Counted from the first letter of the stretch, positions 19,146-26,641 are shown. The stretch: 32,000 nucleotides of DNA from Candidatus Nanogingivalaceae bacterium (GCA_015257795.3 CP072208.2:360001-392000), one strand, 5' to 3'. Notes: generated by a model not told the origin, from the letters alone. A program made the numbers and translations.

Positions 19146-19661
19146 TTAGTCCACCAACTGAAATCTTCCATCAGTAAATGTTTCTATCGGGCGTGACCAG
19201 ATTTCTTCTTCACCAATTTTTTGGTAATTCACCAATTTCTCGTCATGATCTGTATGTTGAGAAATGTTTTTAACAATAAATTCCTCACCACCATAATGTC
19301 TATATTTACCTCCAACCTTAACCTCTTTGATCGGCTTAAAAACATTATACCCAAGAGATTCTTGAATTGTTTTAATAAGAATATTCTTAACTTTTTCATC
19401 TAAACACTCTAGGTCTACAAGTTCATTATTTTCTATCAAAAAACTAAATGAAATCCTTGGTCTATTACTCCTCTTTCCAGGCAATAAAATCCCAATACAA
19501 TCAAGCTTTGAGTCGATAACCGCATGACCAATCCGAAGATTGTAATAAATTATACCCAGCCAGTTTATCTCTTTTATCGAAAGAATTATCCTTTTGTAAA
19601 CCGGTGCTACATTTTGAAGGCTGGGCGATTTATTTTCAATTGCTTCTTCTAAAGAAACCAT
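19146..19661 (-). CDS. Hypothetical protein with a C-terminal DUF1653-like domain
   Basis: The track ORF is trimmed to the ATG at 19661 (MVSLEEA...), which has a perfect GGAGGTG SD 6 nt upstream. The GTG of the longer version lies inside that SD. The C-terminal GGKYRHYGGEEFIVKNISQHTDHDEKLVNYQKIGEEEIWSRPIETF matches the DUF1653 pattern (YRHYKG..Y.V...A.H.E..E..V.Y......W.RP...F). I recognise nothing in the N-terminal ~115 aa. Confidence 0.75.
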   Translation of the reverse strand: MVSLEEAIENKSPSLQNVAPVYKRIILSIKEINWLGIIYYNLRIGHAVIDSKLDCIGILLPGKRSNRPRISFSFLIENNELVDLECLDEKVKNILIKTIQESLGYNVFKPIKEVKVGGKYRHYGGEEFIVKNISQHTDHDEKLVNYQKIGEEEIWSRPIETFTDGRFQLVD

Positions 19662-19694
19662 TTTCTTCACCTCCTAAGGTACTAAACTCATCCC

Positions 19695-19723
19695 ATTATA
19701 TTTTATTTTCAATTTAAAAACAA
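19695..19723 (-). promoter_or_regulatory. Putative promoter of the DUF1653-domain gene
   Basis: Reverse strand reads TTGTTT-N17-TATAAT (-35 at 19718..19723, -10 at 19695..19700). Confidence 0.45.
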
Positions 19724-19727
19724 GCTC
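19716..19727. repeat. Left copy of a 12-bp perfect inverted repeat bracketing the accessory patch
   Basis: AAAAACAAGCTC here is the exact reverse complement of GAGCTTGTTTTT at 20662..20673. Confidence 0.6.
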
Positions 19728-19732
19728 TTTAG

Positions 19733-19966
19733 AATGTCGCTGTTTTTCATAAGAGATGCTTAGAAGCTAACTACTCTGTTTCATTCCTTGACGGAACCTA
19801 TCTTCCGTTAAGACATGGAACCGTTAGTAAAGAATGTATTCATATCGCACTTGGCATTACACCAGAAGGACAGAAGGTTGTTCTTGGATATGAAATCACC
19901 CCAAACGAAAAACAATGCTTGTTAGTCCACCCTGTTAGACAGATTTCAAAGTCAACGCATCCATAA
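19733..19966 (+). pseudogene. IS256-family (mutator-type) transposase fragment, internal ~50-60 codons only
   Basis: The plus-strand frame reads ...RCLEANYSVSFLDGTYLPLRHGTVSKECIHIALGITPEGQKVVLGYEITPNE... This matches the conserved IS256 Tnp block (L..Y..lflDa.y.kvR....v.....y.alGi..dG...vLG). There is no start codon, SD or remainder of the ~400-aa protein, and similarity decays after ITPNE. Confidence 0.6.
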
Positions 19967-20051
19967 ATGGTTTGGCTAATGTTCTGACACACTTGAAAGC
20001 TTATTTGATTAACACTCCGTAAAACTCTACTAGAGTGTTTATACAAAATTA

Positions 20052-20081
20052 TTGACAGTATCTTTTTCTTTCTGATATAAT
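20052..20081 (+). promoter_or_regulatory. Near-consensus promoter of the SemiSWEET gene
   Basis: TTGACA-N18-TGaTATAAT, followed by a GGAGG SD 7 nt before the ATG. Confidence 0.7.
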
Positions 20082-20100
20082 AAACCTCAGGAGGTATTAT

Positions 20101-20364
20101 ATGTCTAAACAAAAAATTAATCGCTTTGTCGGATCTATTGGAGCTTTTATTGGGATCCTTGTCTTTATTGCATATGTTCCACAAATTATCGCTAACCTGC
20201 AAGGAGTAAAAGCTCAACCGTTCCAACCACTATTCGCAGCAGTTTCTTGTTTAATTTGGGTAATCTATGGTTGGACAAAAGAACCTAAAAAAGATTGGAT
20301 CCTCATTATTCCTAATGCAGCGGGAGTGATATTAGGCGGTTTAACTTTTATTACTTCTTTATAA
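20101..20364 (+). CDS. SemiSWEET family sugar transporter (3-TM PQ-loop protein)
   Basis: 87 aa with three TM helices. It has the PQ motif in TM1 (AYVPQIIANL), W..YG in TM2 (LIWVIYGW) and a conserved Asn in TM3 (IIPNAAGVILG). Confidence 0.8.
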   Translation: MSKQKINRFVGSIGAFIGILVFIAYVPQIIANLQGVKAQPFQPLFAAVSCLIWVIYGWTKEPKKDWILIIPNAAGVILGGLTFITSL

Positions 20365-20378
20365 AAATTATATAAACA

Positions 20379-20412
20379 AAACCAGCAACTTCATAAAAGT
20401 TGCTGGTTTTTC
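20379..20412 (+). terminator. Rho-independent terminator of the SemiSWEET gene
   Basis: 12-bp stem AAACCAGCAACT / tcataaa / AGTTGCTGGTTT running into TTTTC. Confidence 0.8.
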
Positions 20413-20429
20413 TGCTGGTCGTAGGAATT

Positions 20430-20609
20430 AAGCCTATTTCCAAATATACAAAGCTACCAGAATTAGCCGTTGAGATAGTGAATGAGCTGATTGATAAGAT
20501 TGTGATTCATAAACTAACTGGCACGAAACACAATCGTACTATCCAAATTTACGTTTATTACAATTTCATCGAAAAACTAGATAAGGAAAAAGCGAGCCAA
20601 ACGACTTGA
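20430..20609 (+). pseudogene. C-terminal remnant of a large serine recombinase (DUF4368-like tail)
   Basis: KPISKYTKLPELAVEIVNELIDKIVIHKLTGTKHNRTIQIYVYYNFIEKLD... resembles the extreme C-terminus of DUF4368-containing serine recombinases (eLt.e.l..lIdkI.Vh......r.q.I.I.Y.F.g). No catalytic domain is present. The TTG start in the track lies inside the SemiSWEET terminator. Confidence 0.45.
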
Positions 20610-20661
20610 CTCGCTAATATTAACCCATTTAGCTAAACTGCTATTGTCAGGTCAGCCGATT

Positions 20662-20673
20662 GAGCTTGTTTTT
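20662..20673. repeat. Right copy of the 12-bp inverted repeat bracketing the accessory patch
   Basis: GAGCTTGTTTTT is the reverse complement of 19716..19727. Confidence 0.6.
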
Positions 20674-20689
20674 TATTGTATATATTCAA

Positions 20690-21970
20690 TTAAGAGTTTA
20701 ATTTAACCAACAAATCAATTGTTTTTTCGGTCAAAATTTGATTTGCCAAATTACGGCGAACATCGTCAGAAGAAAGTTGTTTTACAACTTCTTTACTGTT
20801 ACCATATTGTTCTTTTAGTTGAGCGATTCGAGCATCAAGTTCATCTACACTAGATTGAATTTTTTCAACTTTCGAAAGCTCAGCTAAAGCTAAACCAGAT
20901 TTAACTCGAGATTCGGCAACAGCTTTAACATCATTTTCTAGCCACTCTTCGCGAGTTTTATTCATTCGCTTAAGGTAATCATCTAAAGATAGGCCTGAAT
21001 ACATCAAGTTTTGTTGCATATCCATTTCGATACTTTGTTTTTGATCTTCAAGCAAAATTTCAGGAACAGGAACTTTCGAAACTTCAGCAAGCTTCTTTAC
21101 AAGTTCATCTTTAAATTTGTCATCAGTTTCGGCTTGTTTTTGAGTTTTAAGATCTTCTTTGATTTGCTTTTCAAAATCTTCTTTAGTTTTAAATTCGCCT
21201 AATTTTGAAAGGAATTCTTCATTGATTTCAGGCAAAACATTCTCACGAACTTCATGAATTTTAACTTCAAATACAACTTTTGCTCCAGCCAAATCTTTTG
21301 CGTGGTAATCTTTAGGGAATTTCAAATCAAGAGAAAGTTCATCGCCCGCTTTTTTACCAATCAGTCCTTCTTCGAAGCCAGGAATGAATGATTTTGAACC
21401 AAGCTCAAGTGGGAACTTTTCGGCTTTTCCACCATCAAAAGCTACACCATCTTTTTTACCCAAGAAATCGATAACAACTTCATCGCCTTCTTTAGCAGCG
21501 CGCTTAACTTTTTTCTTTTCAGCAAAATTCTTCAAAATTTGGTCGATTGTTTCGTTGACTTCTTTCTGGCTAACTGAAACTTTTTCTTTTTTAACCTTTA
21601 AGTTTTTATAGTCGCCCAATTCAACTTTCGGCATAATCTCTGAAGTTGCCGTAAATTCAAGTTCTGTTCCAGGGACAAATTTTTTAACATCAACCTCAGG
21701 CCGATTAATCGCCTGAATTTTTTCCTTCAAAAAGGCTTCAGCGACAGCTTTCGAAAGTGCATTTTCGATAATTTCTTGACCAAGAACGTTTTGATCAACT
21801 TGTGCTGCAACCATTTCAAGAGGTGCTTTACCCTTTCGAAATCCTTCAATTTTAACTTCTTTTGCAAGCTTAGTTAACGCAACTTGCTCAGCAGCTTTTA
21901 ATTCTTCAACTCCAAGAGAAATTGTAAGCTCAACTTTTACGTCTGAAATATTCTTTACTTTTGTCTTCAT
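20690..21970 (-). CDS. tig: Trigger factor (ribosome-associated chaperone / PPIase)
   Basis: 426 aa. The N-terminal ribosome-binding block is GFRKGKAP, the central FKBP-type domain is DFLGKKDGVAFDGGKAE...FIPGFEEGLIG, and the C-terminal domain is helical. Confidence 0.93.
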   Translation of the reverse strand: MKTKVKNISDVKVELTISLGVEELKAAEQVALTKLAKEVKIEGFRKGKAPLEMVAAQVDQNVLGQEIIENALSKAVAEAFLKEKIQAINRPEVDVKKFVPGTELEFTATSEIMPKVELGDYKNLKVKKEKVSVSQKEVNETIDQILKNFAEKKKVKRAAKEGDEVVIDFLGKKDGVAFDGGKAEKFPLELGSKSFIPGFEEGLIGKKAGDELSLDLKFPKDYHAKDLAGAKVVFEVKIHEVRENVLPEINEEFLSKLGEFKTKEDFEKQIKEDLKTQKQAETDDKFKDELVKKLAEVSKVPVPEILLEDQKQSIEMDMQQNLMYSGLSLDDYLKRMNKTREEWLENDVKAVAESRVKSGLALAELSKVEKIQSSVDELDARIAQLKEQYGNSKEVVKQLSSDDVRRNLANQILTEKTIDLLVKLNS

Positions 21971-21978
21971 ACACCTTT

Positions 21979-22007
21979 ATTATAACATACCCTATTTTTT
22001 AAAGCAA
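21979..22007 (-). promoter_or_regulatory. Putative promoter of tig (near-leaderless)
   Basis: Reverse strand reads TTGCTT-N17-TGtTATAAT-aaaggtgt-ATG. Only 8 nt separate the -10 from the start codon. Confidence 0.5.
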
Positions 22008-22027
22008 AAAAGAGCGCCGAAACGCCC
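22006..22027 (-). terminator. Short terminator after the 57-aa membrane protein gene
   Basis: Reverse strand reads GGGCG-tttcgg-CGCTC (one G-U pair) followed by TTTTTT. Confidence 0.45.
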
Positions 22028-22033
22028 GAAATA

Positions 22034-22207
22034 CTAGTCGCGATAATCCCATTGACGAGTAACTACAATACTTATAGGAAGTGAAAGCATTGCAACAATC
22101 CCAAGGAAACTACCATTTACAAGAAAATACCTTGCAGAAAAAATATCGCACAAAATTATGAAAGTTACAAGAATATGTATTAAAATATCCTTTTTCGATT
22201 TTGCCAT
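22034..22207 (-). CDS. Small two-TM membrane protein (57 aa), unknown function
   Basis: Trimmed to the ATG at 22207 (MAKSKKDILIHILVTFIIL...), preceded by GGGGTG 8 nt upstream. It has its own consensus promoter. Confidence 0.5.
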   Translation of the reverse strand: MAKSKKDILIHILVTFIILCDIFSARYFLVNGSFLGIVAMLSLPISIVVTRQWDYRD

Positions 22208-22242
22208 AAAGAACACACCCCGTTTCTAATTTGATATTTAAT

Positions 22243-22271
22243 AGTATATCATCAGAAACTTACTTTGTCAA
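22243..22271 (-). promoter_or_regulatory. Consensus promoter for the 57-aa membrane protein gene, overlapping the trmH-family stop codon
   Basis: Reverse strand reads TTGACA-N17-TGaTATACT (-35 at 22266..22271, -10 at 22243..22248). Confidence 0.6.
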
Positions 22272-22835
22272 ATAATTTTGTCGAACAAATTCATACATCA
22301 AAATACCGCTAGCCACACCAACGTTAACACTTCTAGTTGATCCAAATTGCTCAATAGCAACCATTTCTTTGCAAGCTTCAACCATTTCTTTCGAAAGCCC
22401 ATCACTTTCATTGCCAAACACTAAAATCGAACCTTTTTCTAACTCAATCTCGTTTAGTTTTTTTGAACCTTTTTGATTATCAACCGCAATTAACTTTAGA
22501 TTATTCTGTTTTGCCCAATTTATAAATTCCATAACTGTTTTGTGGTGAAAAATATTCATATAGGCTTCTGTTTTCATTGCCCCTCGGCGATTCCAATGCC
22601 GGCGGCCAATAATATGAATCCCTGCCGCGTTGAAGGCGTTCGCATTTCGTGCAATGGTACCAATATTAAAATCATGTTGAAAATTCTCAATCGCAACATG
22701 AAAATCATGACGCGAACGGTCAAGGTCATCTTTAATCTCCGCAACAGACAAGCCCTTGTACTTATCTATAACATTTCGAGTATCATTTTGGACAGTCAAG
22801 CCCTCGCCTGTTTCAAAATTTGGTCTATTTTCCAT
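22260..22835 (-). CDS. SpoU/TrmH-family RNA 2'-O-methyltransferase
   Basis: 191 aa with SPOUT motifs NIGTIARNANAF, ILVFGNESDGLS and IEQFGSTRSVNVGVASGILMYEF. The start overlaps the upstream ORF by 11 nt. Confidence 0.85.
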   Translation of the reverse strand: MENRPNFETGEGLTVQNDTRNVIDKYKGLSVAEIKDDLDRSRHDFHVAIENFQHDFNIGTIARNANAFNAAGIHIIGRRHWNRRGAMKTEAYMNIFHHKTVMEFINWAKQNNLKLIAVDNQKGSKKLNEIELEKGSILVFGNESDGLSKEMVEACKEMVAIEQFGSTRSVNVGVASGILMYEFVRQNYLTK

Positions 22836-24423
22836 TTTGAATAGATTTAACTAACTCTTTTGTATCTGGGCGACCTTTTACTCCAGGGTTTAAAATATGC
22901 ATTGGGTCGAAAATATCTTTAATTTGCAAGTAAATATTTTCTACTTCTTCGCCTACATTTCTCGCCACGAAGTGACCGTAAATTCTCCCCTCACCAGCAC
23001 CGTACGCAAATTCGCCGTCAACTTTAGCTAGCAAAGCACCTAAATCAGCAACAAATCGTAATGCTTTTTGTCGGTCGGTAACTTTCGAAAAATCAAATTC
23101 TGCGAGAATTTCAAATACAGAAGTTAAGGCTGAGCCTTGAATAGGCGCCGGAATACTGTATTGCAAAGCTAGTTTTTGAAGACCTAAATAAAACGCCTCA
23201 AACCTTTCCATAGGCACATAAACACCTTGAATTGGGTAAATTTCTTGTTTTATAACGCCACTTCTTGCACGTAAAATTTCGCGAACATCCCGAATCGACT
23301 CCATTTCAGCTTTCGAAAATTCATCATCACCAGGAATCCAGACTGTTGAACCTTCAAAATTAGTTGAAATCTTTTGGATTTTATTCATTTTTGAAAGAAT
23401 CTTTTTTGCCGTTTTATCCGTAATTCCAACCACAACAACCAGTTTCGTAGCTAATTTTTGTGAATTTCTATCTAAATAAAATTGATATTTTTTGCCCGAA
23501 GCTACAGCAGCTTCAAACATTTTTCCATCATAGAGCTCAACAATATCTGGGTTAAATTTTGCAATCTCATCATTAAAATCTCGTGCATCATCACGATTCG
23601 AAAAACCAACAACCATAAAATTGGTTTCGTTAGTTATATATTCTGTTTTAATTCGTGCCTCCGTTATAACGCCAAGAGTTCCAAGGGAGCCGAAAAATAG
23701 CGGAATTAGGTTAAAAGTTCCATCCTCATTTTTTACGTTAGCAATCCCAGAATATCCAAAGCTAGAATCTTTGTCTATTTTCTGAATTAAACTGTAATTA
23801 TCTTCAATTAATGCATCAATTTTACGATAAATCTCGCCCTCAAAGCTAGAAAGAGCAGTCTTTTCACTCAATTCTTTACGCGAAATTTTACCTATATTAA
23901 TAATATCACCGTTACTTAAAACGACTTCAAGTTCTTCGATAAAATCAACCAATTCACCGTAATTATATTTTTCCGCAGGTAAATTCATTGCAATCGCACC
24001 ACCAACAGTTAACCGTTCTCCTGCGGGACTTTGCGGAATATCCATCGCCTGAGATGCTATTGCGAGTTTTAATTTTTGAAAATTAGCACCAGCTTGAACT
24101 TGAACCGTCTTTGAGCGTAAATCAAGCTCCTTAATTTTATCAAGATGGCGAGAAATATCAAGAACAATACCTTTTCCAATCGAAGATCCATCAGTACTTC
24201 CACCATAACCACGTGCAGTTACGCCAAAAATATAATCCTTCTCGGCCAACTGCCAAGAAAAGCGCATAATCTTTTGAATATCCTCATTGAATCTTGGGTA
24301 GACCACTAAATCTGGCTTAATTTTAAGAAAGCTACGATCTGTCGAAAATTGTTTTAGTCTAGTCTCGCGAGCCGAAACCTCTCCGATAATATGTCCATTT
24401 AAGTATTTTGCAATTTTACTCAT
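22825..24423 (-). CDS. FAD-binding oxidoreductase (GlcD / D-lactate dehydrogenase, FAD_binding_4 family)
   Basis: The N-terminal FAD_binding_4 pattern is PDLVVYPRFNEDIQKIMRF...ARGYGGSTDGSS...GIVLDISRHLDKIKELD...VQVQAGANF...TVGGAIAMN, followed by a C-terminal cap domain. The start is uncertain. I prefer the ATG at 24423 (MSKIAKYL) because of promoter geometry; the alternatives are 24432 or the track TTG at 24459. Confidence 0.85.
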   Translation of the reverse strand: MSKIAKYLNGHIIGEVSARETRLKQFSTDRSFLKIKPDLVVYPRFNEDIQKIMRFSWQLAEKDYIFGVTARGYGGSTDGSSIGKGIVLDISRHLDKIKELDLRSKTVQVQAGANFQKLKLAIASQAMDIPQSPAGERLTVGGAIAMNLPAEKYNYGELVDFIEELEVVLSNGDIINIGKISRKELSEKTALSSFEGEIYRKIDALIEDNYSLIQKIDKDSSFGYSGIANVKNEDGTFNLIPLFFGSLGTLGVITEARIKTEYITNETNFMVVGFSNRDDARDFNDEIAKFNPDIVELYDGKMFEAAVASGKKYQFYLDRNSQKLATKLVVVVGITDKTAKKILSKMNKIQKISTNFEGSTVWIPGDDEFSKAEMESIRDVREILRARSGVIKQEIYPIQGVYVPMERFEAFYLGLQKLALQYSIPAPIQGSALTSVFEILAEFDFSKVTDRQKALRFVADLGALLAKVDGEFAYGAGEGRIYGHFVARNVGEEVENIYLQIKDIFDPMHILNPGVKGRPDTKELVKSIQNGK

Positions 24424-24430
24424 TAGCCCC

Positions 24431-24459
24431 ATTTTAACACAAGCAAAATAAAAATTCAA
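24431..24459 (-). promoter_or_regulatory. Putative promoter of the FAD-oxidase/trmH unit (leaderless geometry)
   Basis: Reverse strand reads TTGAAT-N17-TGtTAAAAT-ggggcta-ATG (-35 at 24454..24459, -10 at 24431..24436). Confidence 0.45.
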
Positions 24460-24462
24460 CTT

Positions 24463-24491
24463 TTGATTTTTAGCTTAAAAAATGCTAAAAT
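24463..24491 (+). promoter_or_regulatory. Putative promoter of the PLC-like/rsmD unit (leaderless geometry)
   Basis: TTGATT-N17-TGcTAAAAT-ttatac-ATG. The A of the ATG at 24498 is the 7th nt after the -10, and there is no SD. Confidence 0.6.
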
Positions 24492-24497
24492 TTATAC

Positions 24498-25352
24498 ATG
24501 TATTCAAGAGCAACCCCTTTTCAAAAAGCCGACAAAATCGCCGGAACTCATCAAAAAATTGATCGAGCAGCACGCTTAACACTTCGAAAGATCCTTTCGA
24601 AAAATCCAACTTTTTCAAAAGTTCATTTTCCGAAAATTGACGAAATATTAGTTTTTGAAGGAAACGGTGGTCCAGACGGTATTAAAACAAAATCTCCAGG
24701 AAAAGACGAACCTTGGCATTTCGTTGAGCCTTATGGTGATTTAACACCCATAAAAACCTATGTCGAAAATCACCTATTTAATCTTTCCAAGGCACTTTCT
24801 GAAAAAAATTACGTGCGAGCAAGTTTTGAGGCTGGATGGATGGCTCATGCGATTACTGACGCTTTAACGCCTGCACATCAATACCCAATGACCGATAAGA
24901 TCATTGAAATTTCTGGTAAAAAACCTGAAGAACGAGATAAAATAATTAAAAAAATGTTTCTTTCTGGAAAGAATTGGCGAGAAAGGCTTCTTAATAACTG
25001 GGAATATATCGGACCTAAAGGTGTTATGAGTTCGCATATGTTGTATGAAATGGGCGTAGCGACAATGATAACCTCTATCGCAGCAAAAAAAATCACAAAT
25101 GACCCAACCGAAGAAGAAATTTCTCGCGTGTTAAATGGTGATTTTATGGAAGTTTTTGAAGAAAAAATAAAATGGGTTGCTGATCAGAAATATTACGAAA
25201 CCTACCTTGAAAAAGGATGGACAACATCTCTTGCGCGCAATACGAAGTCTATATTACTACCCGAGATTTCAAAAATAGTCGCCCTTGGATGGTTTGAGGG
25301 TATTCGACGCGCTTCAGTTAAGGATTTCGAAAACTCAAGGAGCAAAAAATGA
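24498..25352 (+). CDS. Hypothetical protein, possibly of the zinc-dependent phospholipase C / P1-nuclease fold
   Basis: 284 aa with no signal peptide. The His/Asp-rich blocks THQKIDRAA, GGPDG...WHF and GWMAHAITDALTPAH resemble the metal-ligand blocks of the Zn-dependent PLC-like superfamily. This assignment is from memory of motif patterns only. Confidence 0.75.
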   Translation: MYSRATPFQKADKIAGTHQKIDRAARLTLRKILSKNPTFSKVHFPKIDEILVFEGNGGPDGIKTKSPGKDEPWHFVEPYGDLTPIKTYVENHLFNLSKALSEKNYVRASFEAGWMAHAITDALTPAHQYPMTDKIIEISGKKPEERDKIIKKMFLSGKNWRERLLNNWEYIGPKGVMSSHMLYEMGVATMITSIAAKKITNDPTEEEISRVLNGDFMEVFEEKIKWVADQKYYETYLEKGWTTSLARNTKSILLPEISKIVALGWFEGIRRASVKDFENSRSKK

Positions 25353-25927
25353 ACATCCGCTTAATTTCAGGAATTTTTAAAAACCACAAAATTACTGCTC
25401 CAAATTCACGACAAACCCACCCAATGAGTGAGCGCGCAAGAAATGCAATTTTTAACGCAATCCAGCAAAGAATCCCCAACGCCGAAGTCCTTGATGCTTT
25501 TGCAGGAACTGGAGCTTTAGGACTTGAAGCAGTTTCACGCGGATCAAAAAAGGTCGTTTTTATCGAAAAAAGCCGTTCAGCTCAAAAGATACTTTCCGAA
25601 AACCTAAAAATTACAGAAAAAAATTCAAATGCTGGCGAAACTAAATTAATTCGCGCAAGCGTTTCAAGCTGGCTAAACTCAACTAAATCTCAATTCCATC
25701 TTGGTGAAATTGAAGAGATACCAAGTTTTGATATTATTTTTGCAGATCCGCCATACTACGACCCTCAATTTCCAACGATCAAGAATCTTTGCAAAAGGTT
25801 AAAGACCGACGGGATCCTAATTTTATCACAGCCTAAAGAGCTTGAAAATTTCGAATCTAAAGAGCTAGTTCTAGTTAACGAAAAACTTTATTCAGGTGCA
25901 AAAATACTATTCTTCAAAGCAAAATAA
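25349..25927 (+). CDS. rsmD: 16S rRNA (guanine966-N2)-methyltransferase RsmD
   Basis: 192 aa with the SAM motif LDAFAGTGALGLEAVSRG and the catalytic FADPPY. ATGA start/stop overlap with the upstream gene. Confidence 0.88.
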   Translation: MNIRLISGIFKNHKITAPNSRQTHPMSERARNAIFNAIQQRIPNAEVLDAFAGTGALGLEAVSRGSKKVVFIEKSRSAQKILSENLKITEKNSNAGETKLIRASVSSWLNSTKSQFHLGEIEEIPSFDIIFADPPYYDPQFPTIKNLCKRLKTDGILILSQPKELENFESKELVLVNEKLYSGAKILFFKAK

Positions 25928-25956
25928 TAACCCTCCTTCAAGGGTTATTATTTTTA
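25926..25956. terminator. Bidirectional terminator between rsmD and the TMEM175-like gene (convergent)
   Basis: AATAACCCT / ccttca / AGGGTTATT (9 bp), with an A-run before it and TTTTT after it. Confidence 0.75.
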
Positions 25957-26622
25957 CATATCTCTTTCAAGTTCTTCTCTTTCGTCTTCAAAAACAGTAA
26001 ATAATGAAATTACTACGGGTAGAACAATTAAGAAGAAAATTTCAACTTGCGGTAAAAAAATTGAGATAAAAGCGATTATTGCAATCCATACCACCATCAC
26101 ACCCGTATGCAAAAGATGGTATTTTCGTTGAATTCTACGATTCTCTCCATGAAAAAAGCCTGCATTATCACCAGATGCACTCGCAGTAATCCAACGAGTT
26201 GCAAGATCTGTAAGTAGATAAATCATCGCATAGCCAAATGCTGGAAGCACCTCGTTTGGCGAAGAAAGCACCCAACGCATGAAAAGCGGAATTAACGACA
26301 TAAAAAACATATACATCATATTCTTCCAAATAAAGCTATTTGTTACTCTATCCACTTTATCTAAAATATGGTGATGTCTGTTCCACTGAATACCAACAAT
26401 AATAAAACTTGCAAAATAAATTAAAATCGAAAAGCCAAACTTGTGCAATTCCGTTAAGCTATTTGAAGAAGTTGGTAATTTAATCTCAAGAACCATCAAA
26501 GTAATAATAATAGCCGTTGCTCCATCTATTAGTCCAACCAACCTATCCTTTGAAATCTTTCCACCATGGTAAATTTTATGTATTCGGCCTAATCGCCTAT
26601 ATGCATTTCTAGTCCTATCCAT
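25954..26622 (-). CDS. TMEM175/DUF1211-family membrane protein (putative K+ channel)
   Basis: 222 aa with about 6 TM helices. TM1 RLVGLIDGATAIIITLMVLEI follows the family signature RxxxFSDGxxAIxxTLLVLE, with FS replaced by LI. The W..HH block follows TM2. Confidence 0.75.
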   Translation of the reverse strand: MDRTRNAYRRLGRIHKIYHGGKISKDRLVGLIDGATAIIITLMVLEIKLPTSSNSLTELHKFGFSILIYFASFIIVGIQWNRHHHILDKVDRVTNSFIWKNMMYMFFMSLIPLFMRWVLSSPNEVLPAFGYAMIYLLTDLATRWITASASGDNAGFFHGENRRIQRKYHLLHTGVMVVWIAIIAFISIFLPQVEIFFLIVLPVVISLFTVFEDEREELERDM

Positions 26623-26641
26623 CTTTTCCTTTCTCGGGATA

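Noticed and set aside
19840-20226. 128-aa minus-strand ORF
   Set aside because: It runs antisense across the SemiSWEET start, its promoter and the IS256 relic. It has no SD and an implausible Cys/Ser/Ile-rich product.
20400-20429. TTG start and first 10 codons of track ORF 20400..20609
   Set aside because: These bases are the 3' arm and U-tract of the SemiSWEET terminator. Only the distal part resembles a recombinase C-terminus, so I call it a pseudogene fragment rather than a live gene.
20610-20689. Intrinsic terminator for tig, and the 10-bp palindrome TTTAGCTAAA
   Set aside because: I could not find a convincing stem followed by a U-run on the minus strand. The palindrome is short and AT-rich and could easily arise by chance.
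25349-25352. Possibility of an alternative genetic code (UGA reassignment, as in some candidate phyla)
   Set aside because: All long conserved genes are intact under the standard code. TGA is used as a genuine stop in the ATGA overlap between the PLC-like gene and rsmD.
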